This document shows, one piece after another, positions 10,327 to 19,680 of a stretch of 64,000 nt of DNA. The stretch covers positions 1-64,000 of IMG/VR virus record IMGVR_UViG_3300028030_000010. One strand, given 5' to 3'. The position numbers and the translations under genes are program-made. The notes under the pieces were generated by a model that had not been told where the DNA came from, ran no database searches, and saw nothing but the letters and a program-made list of their open reading frames with translations. The DNA is from a virus. Position 1 is the stretch's first letter, and each line of letters opens with the position of its first letter.

Positions 10327-10332
10327 AAAATC

Positions 10333-11286
10333 ATGATATTCTTCGACCCAAACAGACAAAAAGTAACAGCTATAGCAAAAGAAGCATTGGAGCAAGTAAA
10401 CCAAAGTGGAGAGTCTCCTGATTTGGTTATAGAAAAGTTATGCGATAATTATGGGTTAAATGCTAATTGGAGACAAAGAATTGTTGAAGAATACAACATT
10501 CAAGCGTTTCTGCAAAAACTCCAAGAAGGAACTCAACACGAACACTATCAAGTAGCACAACCTGTGATTGATGAATGTAAGCAATGGCTAGGTATTGAGT
10601 GGTATGAACCTATCCCTGAAAACAATTCAAATGAGGGGATTAAAAAAACAGCTTCTTATGGAGATGCGGGAGTAGTTCCTTTGAATGCATTTGAATATGA
10701 TGTTAATGAAGAATTTAAACCTTTTGATCCGCTATATGTTTCAGGAGATAATTTTGATGATACTATTGAATTAGAAAAAGTGGCTTTTGAAAAACAACAA
10801 ATGCTTCAAGAGATGCAAAAAGAAGAACTGCAAAAAGAAGCTAGTTATTACATTCAGCAAGCAGAAGATAAAATTTTAGGTGAGCTAATTAAGATAGCAA
10901 ATATATCTCCTGGATTTGCTAAATCAATTATTCACGATTTATCAAAAACTGCTAGTAGGGTTTATGCAGAAGATGTTCTCATTGGATGCAAACATAAACC
11001 AGAAGAAATTTTAGAAGCAAGTATATACGATGATGTTGCTCCATATGAATTTGAAAAATTAGCTTCTGTAAAAGGTTTAATAGAAGAGCTATCGTATCTT
11101 ATTCCTTTAAAAAAAGGAGTTGCTGCTGGTAAAGAAAAATTCATCGCTATGGCAAGAAAATTGAAAAGCGACCCTGTTCGTGGTATAATTATACCCGCAG
11201 TAATAATAAAAAATCTTTACAAAGAAATAACAGAATCGCCTAGTAAAGAGATTGGATTGAATATTAAAGCTTTTGCTGACCAATAA
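10333..11286 (+). CDS. Putative head protein with multiple K-x-A motifs
   Basis: IKKTAS, LEKVAF, LQKEAS, LIKIAN, LSKTAS, FEKLAS; follows the capsid gene. Confidence 0.55.
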   Translation: MIFFDPNRQKVTAIAKEALEQVNQSGESPDLVIEKLCDNYGLNANWRQRIVEEYNIQAFLQKLQEGTQHEHYQVAQPVIDECKQWLGIEWYEPIPENNSNEGIKKTASYGDAGVVPLNAFEYDVNEEFKPFDPLYVSGDNFDDTIELEKVAFEKQQMLQEMQKEELQKEASYYIQQAEDKILGELIKIANISPGFAKSIIHDLSKTASRVYAEDVLIGCKHKPEEILEASIYDDVAPYEFEKLASVKGLIEELSYLIPLKKGVAAGKEKFIAMARKLKSDPVRGIIIPAVIIKNLYKEITESPSKEIGLNIKAFADQ

Positions 11287-11297
11287 GAGGAGATGCT

Positions 11298-11450
11298 ATG
11301 GATAAAGAAACAAGAGATTTTTTAATTAAAAAAGCCCAAGAATTAAAAGAAGAGGCTAAAAGATACTTTTTAAAAAAAGTAGCAGCAACTAAAATTGTAG
11401 AGCAATATTTGATTTTGAAAGAATTGGAGAAAAATGAGAAAGATTTTTAA
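11298..11450 (+). CDS. Small unannotated protein (50 aa) with K-x-A motifs
   Basis: GAGGAG RBS; MDKETRDFLIKKAQELKEEAKRYFLKKVAATKIVEQYLILKELEKNEKDF; fills the gap between ORFs. Confidence 0.7.
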   Translation: MDKETRDFLIKKAQELKEEAKRYFLKKVAATKIVEQYLILKELEKNEKDF

Positions 11451-12048
11451 TGCGATAAAAGATAAGTTAAAAAAAGAATATGTGTCGGCTCCACTTAATG
11501 CTAAATCGCTGCTACTTAAAGCTCAGAAAGATTCTTTCTTATTAAGAAAATCAGAGATAGTTAAACTAGGAAAAGATTTGGTTGCAAAGGTAAGTTCACC
11601 TATAAAATGTAAAGAAAAAGACATATTAGTATCTTTCTACGAAAATGACAAGAGATATTTTATTGATGATTTCAAAGTTATAGGACCGAATAAAATAAGA
11701 ATTTCTGACGAATATTATAAATTATGGTCAACAATAGATGTTAAAACTCCGTGGTTAAAAATGCTTAAAGTAAGCTACTTGACTGATGATAGAACAAAAG
11801 CAAGAAAATTAGTTGTTAAAAATGGAAAGTTATTCATAAAAGCTTCAATTGTTGATGGTGATGTAAACTGTTTATACTCTGAAACAAACTCTGATATCAA
11901 TGCAACAATATCTTTTTCAAGAAAGAAAATCATATACAGACAATGTAAACCAACTATTTTAAAAGACATTGAAACAAATGAATGTTATATTTTAGTGATG
12001 GATAATTTTCTAGATTTAAAATTACAAAAGGTAGAGGATGGCTGCTAA
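11434..12048 (+). CDS. Hypothetical basic protein
   Basis: 204 aa ORF. Confidence 0.7.
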   Translation: MRKIFNAIKDKLKKEYVSAPLNAKSLLLKAQKDSFLLRKSEIVKLGKDLVAKVSSPIKCKEKDILVSFYENDKRYFIDDFKVIGPNKIRISDEYYKLWSTIDVKTPWLKMLKVSYLTDDRTKARKLVVKNGKLFIKASIVDGDVNCLYSETNSDINATISFSRKKIIYRQCKPTILKDIETNECYILVMDNFLDLKLQKVEDGC

Positions 12049-13498
12049 TAATTTAATTAATTTAGTAACAGATGTTTTTAATCCTGATGCTGTTAATGCT
12101 CTTAAGGATAATTTAGGTATTGACATATTCAGTGGGGAAGCTCCGTCGTTAGGGGATCTAACTGGCTCTGGATGGCTGTTTATAGCGGCAGTTAACTCTT
12201 TAGTGAGAACTGATTTGGGGTTTGATGCTGCTAAAGTAAAAAACACCCTTAAAGATATTTTAGGATCACAAGATTCTGGAGGAGAAATTTTAAAGTATCA
12301 AACTAATTCTAAAGGAGATAACCTTACTACTCAAGCTTTTGTTTACGCTAGAGATAATGACATACCTGCAGATATAGTTTTGAGTTTGTTAGAATATGTG
12401 TTTACTTCTGCAGAGTTAGAAAATCAATTAAAACATGTAAACTCAAGCGGAATTTCTGCAGCAATGATTATTGCTAGTAGTCAAAAACTTACTGAAGAAT
12501 TTTATGAAAGCGGGGCTTTTACTACTTATTATAAAACATTCTTAGATATTTCCTATGATAAAACCAACAAAAACTTATTACCTATAGGAAGATTACTTGT
12601 TTTAAACACGATATCTGGGGTAGATGCTGCTAAAGATGCGATTAACGCAATAATTGATTCCGTTGTTAGCGGGTCGCCGTCTTCTAAATGGGATTTTTTT
12701 AACAAAATCTTCTTTCCTTTTCCAGATGTGGTGGTTTCTAATGAAAGCAATTCGTTAGTAGATTTTATTTATTCGGTTGGAGCTGATACAGTAAATAATG
12801 CTTTAAGTGATGTGATGCAAACCATTGTTACTAAAACCATTTCAAGCAATGAAAATGATGGTTTAAACATTTTGGTTTCATCGGTAGCTACAGATAATTG
12901 TGTTGGTATAAAATATGGAGAAACTGGATTTAATTTAAACACATACAAAGCACAAATCTCAGACTATGAACCGTTAATAAATTTTCTTTATCATGTAGTT
13001 AAGAAGTTGGGGAATAAAGCAAAAATAGATAGTTTTTATTACAATTATTTATCACCTTTTTTGTTTCCAGTTCCAGCATCTGGAAATATAGAAGGTTATA
13101 CATTGTTGGCGCTAATGTGTGAAACTCTTGAATTTAATTCGAGCGGAGTGGTTGATTCCAATATTTTAGAAGCAGTTAAGTCTTTACTAAAAAAAGCAGC
13201 CAACAAAGTCTCAACCCAAACAGATAAACTTAAAAAATTTTTCTTGCTCAATGCCTATTTAGGAACTCCAAGGGATTTTTCCGGTGGAGCTACTATGAAT
13301 TTATATAGCCCAATCAATGTACTTTTAAATAAAATAAATAATATCCATAAACAATGGTGCACAGAAAATAACAAATCTTTTGATGATTATAAAACAACTT
13401 TTTCAAATATAATAGCAGACTTATTTGGAACTTCTGATGTAATAGATTTTGACACTGCATATAAATATTGGTGTAATGAGTATGAGAAAATGTTTTAA
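12038..13498 (+). CDS. Hypothetical protein (possibly structural)
   Basis: 486 aa ORF. Confidence 0.75.
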   Translation: MAANNLINLVTDVFNPDAVNALKDNLGIDIFSGEAPSLGDLTGSGWLFIAAVNSLVRTDLGFDAAKVKNTLKDILGSQDSGGEILKYQTNSKGDNLTTQAFVYARDNDIPADIVLSLLEYVFTSAELENQLKHVNSSGISAAMIIASSQKLTEEFYESGAFTTYYKTFLDISYDKTNKNLLPIGRLLVLNTISGVDAAKDAINAIIDSVVSGSPSSKWDFFNKIFFPFPDVVVSNESNSLVDFIYSVGADTVNNALSDVMQTIVTKTISSNENDGLNILVSSVATDNCVGIKYGETGFNLNTYKAQISDYEPLINFLYHVVKKLGNKAKIDSFYYNYLSPFLFPVPASGNIEGYTLLALMCETLEFNSSGVVDSNILEAVKSLLKKAANKVSTQTDKLKKFFLLNAYLGTPRDFSGGATMNLYSPINVLLNKINNIHKQWCTENNKSFDDYKTTFSNIIADLFGTSDVIDFDTAYKYWCNEYEKMF

Positions 13499-13791
13499 CT
13501 TTTTTCTAAATACTCTATAATTTTTATCAATTCTCCGCTTGGGGTCCAGTTTTCTTTTTCTCTTAGGATTAAATATTTGTCTTGATTTTGAATTAAAGTT
13601 GTCATAAAATTAGCATATTCATCAGCGGTAGTTTGTTCTGTTATAAAAAAATATTTAGCTTTCCATTTAATGTTTGAGGCTATGTTTTTGTTTTCATTTT
13701 GAAGTTTAGGAATGCCAGTAAAACGTGAGTATATTTTTTCTGCTGATTCATCTATCATTTTTCTTAATTCATTAAAATTTTCTGAAAACAT
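13495..13791 (-). CDS. Hypothetical protein
   Basis: 98 aa ORF, last gene of the HU operon. Confidence 0.7.
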   Translation of the reverse strand: MFSENFNELRKMIDESAEKIYSRFTGIPKLQNENKNIASNIKWKAKYFFITEQTTADEYANFMTTLIQNQDKYLILREKENWTPSGELIKIIEYLEKS

Positions 13792-13794
13792 TTA

Positions 13795-14040
13795 TTACCT
13801 TTGTATGTTTTTATTTCTTATTTTTTTACATAGTTCATAAACTAAATCTTTTTTTTCCAAAAGAGAAGAATCAACGCTTGTAAAACAATCTTCTTGTGAA
13901 TCATTGCAAATCATTTTTAAAGCACAAAACAATTGTTCATCGTTTTTAAAATTCTTTAAAAACATGATTTCTTCTATTGTCAATTCTCCATCTTCAAGGA
14001 GAAAAGCTAATTTTTTCTTAAAGAGCCTTAAATCCAACAT
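13795..14040 (-). CDS. Hypothetical protein
   Basis: 81 aa ORF in a tight operon. Confidence 0.6.
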   Translation of the reverse strand: MLDLRLFKKKLAFLLEDGELTIEEIMFLKNFKNDEQLFCALKMICNDSQEDCFTSVDSSLLEKKDLVYELCKKIRNKNIQR

Positions 14041-14257
14041 CGTTAAAATATTTTGAGTTTGTAGAAAATATTTGAGAAGTTGCTTGTTTTGCTGAACCAG
14101 GTTTTATGTTGCTTAAACTTCCAGCTACAGTCAAAGCAGTCATAGCTTTTCCTATAGGAGTTTTTATAGGGTTTTGAAACCCAGTAAAAGCTGTTGATTT
14201 TAGAAAATTAACACCCTTACCAAGCCCTCTAGTTAATAAAGATAATGCACTACCCAT
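14018..14257 (-). CDS. Small basic Gly/Ala/Ser-rich amphipathic protein
   Basis: 79 aa ORF with GAGGA RBS. Confidence 0.65.
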   Translation of the reverse strand: MGSALSLLTRGLGKGVNFLKSTAFTGFQNPIKTPIGKAMTALTVAGSLSNIKPGSAKQATSQIFSTNSKYFNDVGFKAL

Positions 14258-14259
14258 GT

Positions 14260-14523
14260 TTAATCCTCGTGGTAAGTTACTTTAAATTTCAATTTGTTTC
14301 TATCTGGGATTTTTTCTACTTTATTATTAAGGGACACAAGTTTGCTTTTCATTTTTACAATTTCAAACTTACCTAACTTTCTTAAATAGATTTTATCTCC
14401 TACTTCTTTTAGAGATTTTATTTCTTCAATAAAACTATCCATTACAGATCTTACCTCTTTTTTAGTTAATCCAGTTTTCTCAGACAACATCTCAATTAAA
14501 GTTATATAATTAACTTTCTTCAT
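14260..14523 (-). CDS. HU/IHF family DNA-binding protein
   Basis: LIEMLSEKTGLTKKEV...KIYLRKLGKFEI...IPDRNKLKFK matches the HU/IHF pattern. Confidence 0.9.
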   Translation of the reverse strand: MKKVNYITLIEMLSEKTGLTKKEVRSVMDSFIEEIKSLKEVGDKIYLRKLGKFEIVKMKSKLVSLNNKVEKIPDRNKLKFKVTYHED

Positions 14524-14543
14524 TTATCGCCTTTTTTATGTAT

Positions 14544-14576
14544 ATTTTAACAAAAAAAATAAACTTTTGCTATAAT
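14544..14576. promoter_or_regulatory. Divergent extended -10 promoters (TGTTAAAAT minus 14544-14552; TGCTATAAT plus 14568-14576)
   Basis: Each sits just upstream of an AAAAGG RBS of divergent genes. Confidence 0.65.
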
Positions 14577-14596
14577 TAAGAAAAAAAAGGAATAAA

Positions 14597-15007
14597 ATGG
14601 ATAGAAATGCTATTTTAAATCAAATCGTTGAAAGCGCTTCTAAAGAATTAAATGTGTTAGCTGCTGATGGAGAGTTACAAAAAGTTGCTTCTTCTATTCA
14701 AGAGGAAAATCATAAGCCTCAAATGCCTGATGCAATCAATGAAGAAGAAGGTCTCTTGCACAAAGTTGCAGAAGAACCTCAATTAACTCCAACTGAAGAA
14801 CAAATAGTTGCTCTTCTAAAAAAAGAAGCTCAAGAGTTGACAAAAACTGCTAGTGTAGTAGATGATGAAGAATTAGAGTTATTGTTAGAAAAAACGGCAA
14901 TGGAAGCTGGATTAGAATTAGTTGCTTTGGAAAAAACAGCAGAAGAATTTGGTAAAGCTGCAGCTCATGCTTTCTTAAGAGAATTAGGGATAGAAGCAGA
15001 GGTGTAG
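14597..15007 (+). CDS. Acidic K-x-A repeat protein, putative prohead core/scaffold
   Basis: LQKVAS, LHKVAE, LKKEAQ, LTKTAS, LEKTAM, LEKTAE within 136 aa. Confidence 0.55.
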   Translation: MDRNAILNQIVESASKELNVLAADGELQKVASSIQEENHKPQMPDAINEEEGLLHKVAEEPQLTPTEEQIVALLKKEAQELTKTASVVDDEELELLLEKTAMEAGLELVALEKTAEEFGKAAAHAFLRELGIEAEV

Positions 15008-15010
15008 AAA

Positions 15011-15166
15011 ATGAAACTACAACAAGAATTAAAAAAAATAGCTTCGGAATTAAAAAACAATGAAGCGACACTTGTTTCTAAAGAAATTAGACCAATAGAA
15101 CTTTTAAAAAAAGCTGCGTTTGTAAAAATTAAAACATGGGATAGCTTTTTGCCAAAAAAAAGGTAG
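15011..15166 (+). CDS. Small unannotated protein (51 aa) with K-x-A motifs
   Basis: GAGG RBS; MKLQQELKKIASELKNNEATLVSKEIRPIELLKKAAFVKIKTWDSFLPKKR; fills the gap exactly. Confidence 0.7.
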   Translation: MKLQQELKKIASELKNNEATLVSKEIRPIELLKKAAFVKIKTWDSFLPKKR

Positions 15167-16603
15167 TTGATGATAAAGGTTACCTCTACGTCAATATATA
15201 TTGACGATGGAAGTTATTCTTTTGAAGATGTCTATAGTTCTGTCCAAGAAAGCGCTTATGCTTATAAGGCTAAAAAATCAGGAGATAAAACTTTTTTTTT
15301 TGATTTTGATTTTTATATAGGAAAAGACACTCCTGCAATTTTAATAGATAAAAACAAAAATATAGAAATTAATGGAAGCTTATTTCAAATATATGAAGGT
15401 TCTGAATTTCAATTTGGGGAATTGAACAATAGTGAACCTATGGTTGGAGGTAGCTTTATCATAAACAACCCAGAGTTAGCTTATGGCTTTGGAAATCAAA
15501 CTAAAAATTCAAACGGAGAAACTTTATCCGGAAACTTGAAGTTGTATGGTAGCTATATAGAAATTCCTTGTTTTTGGGGTTTTTTTAATTCTCCCGAAAA
15601 GCAGAAAGTAGAAATTAAAAATTGCATCATAAAAGGATTTGGAAGAATTTCAGGAAAAGATTCTTATGTTGAAAACGTAACCTACCTTAACCCTGAAACT
15701 AAGTATGGCTCTATTTCAACAAAAGGTCAAATTAAGTATATTAAAAATGTAAATATTGTAAATGCAGATTCCGATGCTTATGCTTTATATTTTAACCCTT
15801 CTTTATCTGGTAACGCAACTTTAAATTCTATTTCTATAAAAAATTGCAATAACACCATTTATTGTGAAAAAGCCGACACGTCTACTACATTAACTTTAGT
15901 GGATTTAGCAACTGATAGTTTAAGTGTTTACTTTAAAGATTCAAATGTTAATATTGAAATAAAACACACAGTTAAGTTTTTAACAACTAAAGAAAATGTA
16001 AATGTAAAAATATACAGAAATGGAGAAATGATAGATGAACTTATTGTAGATAAAGCTGCATCTCTACCTTTAACAGAAAAAATTATAAACAACATCAATA
16101 CATCTTTTTTAAATGAATACGAGATAGTAATAAACAATTTACATAAAATCCCTTTAAAATTAAAAGAAAAGGTAACCATTGATATAGACATGTTTGAATT
16201 CCCTGTTGTTGAGAATGAAAATCAAGAAATATATCTTCTCCCTAAAAAGGAATATGAGTTAGAAGATGTGTTGGAATTTTTTGTGTCGTCTTTTTACCCA
16301 ATAGATAGTATCGAATTATGTAAAAGTAATTTTAATAAAATTGCTTCTCCTGTTCAAATAACTCAAATTTCAGAAAATTTATATAGGGTTGTTTTTTTTA
16401 TTGGTGAACTAGGAACAGAGGGAGAAAATGGAGAAAAATGGCAAGACGGTCCTTATTTGATAAAAACAAACATCAAATCAAAACAGTACCTATGCCCAAT
16501 TTATATTGCTAGACCTCAAGAGGAGGAATTTGAAGAAGTTGTAGAGGAAGTAATTCAAGAAGAAAAACCTACTATTTCCAATGGAGCTAAAATTTATTTG
16601 TAA
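15167..16603 (+). CDS. Putative virion-associated beta-rich protein ending in GAKIYL
   Basis: 478 aa; Asn/Gly/Ile-rich beta-strand pattern. Confidence 0.5.
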   Translation: MMIKVTSTSIYIDDGSYSFEDVYSSVQESAYAYKAKKSGDKTFFFDFDFYIGKDTPAILIDKNKNIEINGSLFQIYEGSEFQFGELNNSEPMVGGSFIINNPELAYGFGNQTKNSNGETLSGNLKLYGSYIEIPCFWGFFNSPEKQKVEIKNCIIKGFGRISGKDSYVENVTYLNPETKYGSISTKGQIKYIKNVNIVNADSDAYALYFNPSLSGNATLNSISIKNCNNTIYCEKADTSTTLTLVDLATDSLSVYFKDSNVNIEIKHTVKFLTTKENVNVKIYRNGEMIDELIVDKAASLPLTEKIINNINTSFLNEYEIVINNLHKIPLKLKEKVTIDIDMFEFPVVENENQEIYLLPKKEYELEDVLEFFVSSFYPIDSIELCKSNFNKIASPVQITQISENLYRVVFFIGELGTEGENGEKWQDGPYLIKTNIKSKQYLCPIYIARPQEEEFEEVVEEVIQEEKPTISNGAKIYL

Positions 16604-16674
16604 AATCGATAAATTTTGAACTTTCTAAGCAATAGGTTATAATAGAAACGCAAAAAACAAAAAAAGGATTAAAC

Positions 16675-17328
16675 ATGGCAGCATTATGGACTGTTCCTGG
16701 TATTAACCATTTTGTAATTGGTACAGACAGAGATAAAATGGGGTTAACTGACTGGGTAATTAAAATTGTTGACCTATCTACAGGAAATGTAACTGATGAG
16801 ACTGCAAATGTTGAAGTAAGTGAAATCATTTACAATATTGATTCTCCAGCAACAGGAACTGTTGCAACAGATGTAGCAGCTGGTAGTAAGGTTTTACCTT
16901 TAAAAGAAGGTGACGGTGCGAATTTCTCAGCTGGAATGAAAGTAAAAATTAACACAGTGAATGGAGAAGAGTACAAAGAAATTAGAAAAGTTACAGGCGA
17001 CATTCTAACATTCTTCAAACCTCTAAAATCAGATGTTATTGCAGACACTGATAATGATGGTAAAGCTGACAACACTGTAACACAAGTAGGTAACTCAGGA
17101 GATTATAGAGTTGTAGTTGACACTGAAAAATTAAGCACAAATATTGTAGCTGGCGGTGACTATCAAGTGCAAGTTACAAGTGCAGCTGGAGAAATTGATG
17201 TAACTTCAGAAATCTTCCATGCTACTGATTACGATTATGATAACCTAAAAGGTGATATTGATTACCTAAAACAAGGTATTGATAATCTACTTAATGGAGG
17301 GCTTGGAGGAGCAAAAATTTACCTCTAA
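16675..17328 (+). CDS. Putative virion structural protein ending in GAKIYL
   Basis: 217 aa, own promoter (GGTTATAAT 16635-16643), highly-expressed codon usage, C-terminal short coiled coil. Confidence 0.55.
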   Translation: MAALWTVPGINHFVIGTDRDKMGLTDWVIKIVDLSTGNVTDETANVEVSEIIYNIDSPATGTVATDVAAGSKVLPLKEGDGANFSAGMKVKINTVNGEEYKEIRKVTGDILTFFKPLKSDVIADTDNDGKADNTVTQVGNSGDYRVVVDTEKLSTNIVAGGDYQVQVTSAAGEIDVTSEIFHATDYDYDNLKGDIDYLKQGIDNLLNGGLGGAKIYL

Positions 17329-17345
17329 GTTCTTCTTTCTTTTTT

Positions 17346-17759
17346 TCATTCCACAAGAGCTTGTGTGGTAAAGTGTTTATTGCTCCAATCTATTTGAAAT
17401 TCTTCTGGATATTTTAATCCATCAATGTGTATTGTTAATTGACCTATTAACATAGTTCCTGATTTATCTATATTGCTTACCTCTATTTTTGTAATTCCAT
17501 ATTTATCAGCTATTTTATTTGCATTTTTTTCTAAATAAAAGCTAAATTTAGGAGGATTTATCACTTCTCCTAAATCTTCTATCAAAGTTGTTCCATAGCC
17601 TGGCTTTAAAGGAGGAGAGAATGTTGTTAACAATTCTTGAATAAAGTTTTTAGCTTTTACTTTAGCTCTACTTTCTTCTTTTTTTGTTTGCTGAGAGACA
17701 ACAATAGGATCTGTTGATTTTGCTATTTCCAATTTAGATTGAAAAATTTCATTGATCAT
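17346..17759 (-). CDS. Putative gp25-like baseplate wedge / sheath initiator
   Basis: IQELLTT....PGYGTTL motif and size typical of the gp25/GPW family. Confidence 0.6.
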   Translation of the reverse strand: MINEIFQSKLEIAKSTDPIVVSQQTKKEESRAKVKAKNFIQELLTTFSPPLKPGYGTTLIEDLGEVINPPKFSFYLEKNANKIADKYGITKIEVSNIDKSGTMLIGQLTIHIDGLKYPEEFQIDWSNKHFTTQALVE

Positions 17760-17768
17760 ATTTAACCT

Positions 17769-18410
17769 TTACTCATAAGAATTTATAGCTTCTGCGTATT
17801 GAGATATATGGTTGTCTATTTCTTTCTTGATAGAATAAAATTTTGTTTGTTTAAAACCATATTTTTTAAACAGTTGCTCTTTTGATAGTTGTTTTAAATA
17901 CATGTCTTTAGCTATATTTCTTTTTGTAGGGTCTGGTATGCTATCTATAATTTCTTTAGGTGTAATTGAAATATTTTTTGCTTGAAGATATTCATCTGTT
18001 TCAAATTGAGCTTTTGCAACTCCTCCATATAATTGCAATAAATTTTTAGCTTTATTTTCTGTAATATTCATTTTTTTTGCTAGCCAGGTAGGATTAGGTA
18101 ATCCACCATATGTGTCTTTATAGTCATCTATAATTTTTTTAGCTTTATACATTAAAAGTTGTTGATTTTCTGGCACATAAACTGGTTGATTTTTGTAAAA
18201 TTCTCTACTCAATTGTTGCAGTTGCGAACTTAAGTATGTTTTAAGATTACCGTAACCAGGATTCCAGTTTCTTAAAGCTTTTCTAATTATTGCCTCAGCT
18301 TTTGCTCTTAACACATATTCGTTTTGATTTTGTTTAAATTTATTTACAAAATATTCTAATTGTTCGTTAGCAATTTTATTTTTTTCAGGGTCTGTAGTAA
18401 ACTCAATCAT
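17769..18410 (-). CDS. Sigma70-family RNA polymerase sigma factor (phage-encoded)
   Basis: Region 2-like IIRKALRNWNPGYGNLKTYL, region 3-like PNPTWLAKKMNI, C-terminal HTH-like region 4; likely start MIEFTT at 18410 with AAGGA RBS. Confidence 0.7.
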   Translation of the reverse strand: MIEFTTDPEKNKIANEQLEYFVNKFKQNQNEYVLRAKAEAIIRKALRNWNPGYGNLKTYLSSQLQQLSREFYKNQPVYVPENQQLLMYKAKKIIDDYKDTYGGLPNPTWLAKKMNITENKAKNLLQLYGGVAKAQFETDEYLQAKNISITPKEIIDSIPDPTKRNIAKDMYLKQLSKEQLFKKYGFKQTKFYSIKKEIDNHISQYAEAINSYE

Positions 18411-19017
18411 TACAGTGTCCTTTAAATTGAGGTAAATCATAAATATTATCAATAGGAGAAGTTATTTTTCCTAAATCTATTATTTCATATTCATACGCAG
18501 GAAGCTTTCCACAATCTGTAACTATTGGTGCTCCACCAGCAACATCAACAACATAAACAGGCGGTTCACACAATCTTCCACAATCAAACACATAACCAAC
18601 AAAGCCAGTGATAGAGCCTAAATCATCTAAAGATGTATCTATTTTTGTGTAATGTCTTAATCCAGCATATTCAGTTTTTACTTTAAAAAAATCTATTTCA
18701 ATATTTTCTCCTGTAGCTGTAGAACCTAAATGTATAAACATATAAAAATATGGTAATTCTTCATATGAAGTTAAAGGAAGCAACATTGTTTCTTCTGGCG
18801 TTAAATAAATAGAAATAATTCCTGGCTTACTTAAATCTGGCTCTATTTTTTTTATCAAATACGATTCTTCATCGGGAGTGTTTCTATCTTTTTTAAACAC
18901 CACATAACAATCATCATATTTCGTTAAATCCACAGGTTCTTCTACACCATATTCATTTGTTTTGGAAACAAAAAGTTCTTTGTAGTATGAGTTTGTTATC
19001 CTTATTTTTTCAGCCAT
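18403..19017 (-). CDS. BppU-like baseplate/fibre adaptor with C-terminal D-[LC]-G-x-[IL] repeats
   Basis: VDLT...PGIISIYLTPEET Ig-like pattern; repeats DLGSI, DCGRL, DCGKL, DLGKI; start MAEKIR at 19017 fits the RBS at 19029-19033. Confidence 0.5.
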   Translation of the reverse strand: MAEKIRITNSYYKELFVSKTNEYGVEEPVDLTKYDDCYVVFKKDRNTPDEESYLIKKIEPDLSKPGIISIYLTPEETMLLPLTSYEELPYFYMFIHLGSTATGENIEIDFFKVKTEYAGLRHYTKIDTSLDDLGSITGFVGYVFDCGRLCEPPVYVVDVAGGAPIVTDCGKLPAYEYEIIDLGKITSPIDNIYDLPQFKGHCND

Positions 19018-19026
19018 ATTTTTTAC

Positions 19027-19060
19027 AATCCTTTTTGTTATAATTATAGCAAAAAGGATT
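19027..19060. promoter_or_regulatory. 34-bp near-perfect palindrome carrying two overlapping divergent promoters and both RBSs
   Basis: AATCCTTTTTGTTATAATTATAGCAAAAAGGATT; TGTTATAAT (+) 19036-19044, TGCTATAAT (-) 19043-19051. Confidence 0.75.
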
Positions 19061-19063
19061 AAC

Positions 19064-19633
19064 ATGGGCACTCCGATAGCAAAACAACTATTAATTAGAT
19101 GGGCAGAATCTGAAAGTACATTAGAACAATATAGACCAGCGGTTAGAGAGTTTGTTTACACAATGGATACTGGTGCTGTATTTATGGGAACTCCAGAAGG
19201 GGCTAAAAAATTAGCCTATTGGATAGATGTAGAAAAATATATAGATAATCAAATTAAAGAATACAAACCCAAAGTTGGTAGTGGTGCAGAACTAGCAACT
19301 CAACAATTAGCTGGACAATTAGCATATAACACGGATGTAAAAAGGTTACAATATTTAGAGCCTTTAACAAATATTAGGCAAACATATGTTACAACATCAG
19401 ATTTAATGTTGAAAGACCCAGTAACAATTAAAATTACAAGTGACAACATCGATGAAAACGATAATAATAGTGTGACAATTGTGGATTTTAAAAGACCATT
19501 TAGAATGGTATTTGTAAATGGCAAACTTGTAACACAAAACACTTCTGGTGAAAGATATTACACATACGATAGTTCAACTTATACTTTGAAAATTTATAAA
19601 ATGGAAGATGGTGATTTAATTGCTTATTTCTAA
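19064..19633 (+). CDS. Fibre-associated protein with Mtd/hyaluronidase-type N-terminal domain
   Basis: LLIRW...REFVYTMDTGAVFMG and a second copy GQLAYNTDVKRL resemble the major tropism determinant N-terminal motif. Confidence 0.5.
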   Translation: MGTPIAKQLLIRWAESESTLEQYRPAVREFVYTMDTGAVFMGTPEGAKKLAYWIDVEKYIDNQIKEYKPKVGSGAELATQQLAGQLAYNTDVKRLQYLEPLTNIRQTYVTTSDLMLKDPVTIKITSDNIDENDNNSVTIVDFKRPFRMVFVNGKLVTQNTSGERYYTYDSSTYTLKIYKMEDGDLIAYF

Positions 19634-19680
19634 TTTGATATAATTAAAAAGTTTAAAAAATCAACAAAAAAGGAAAAGAG

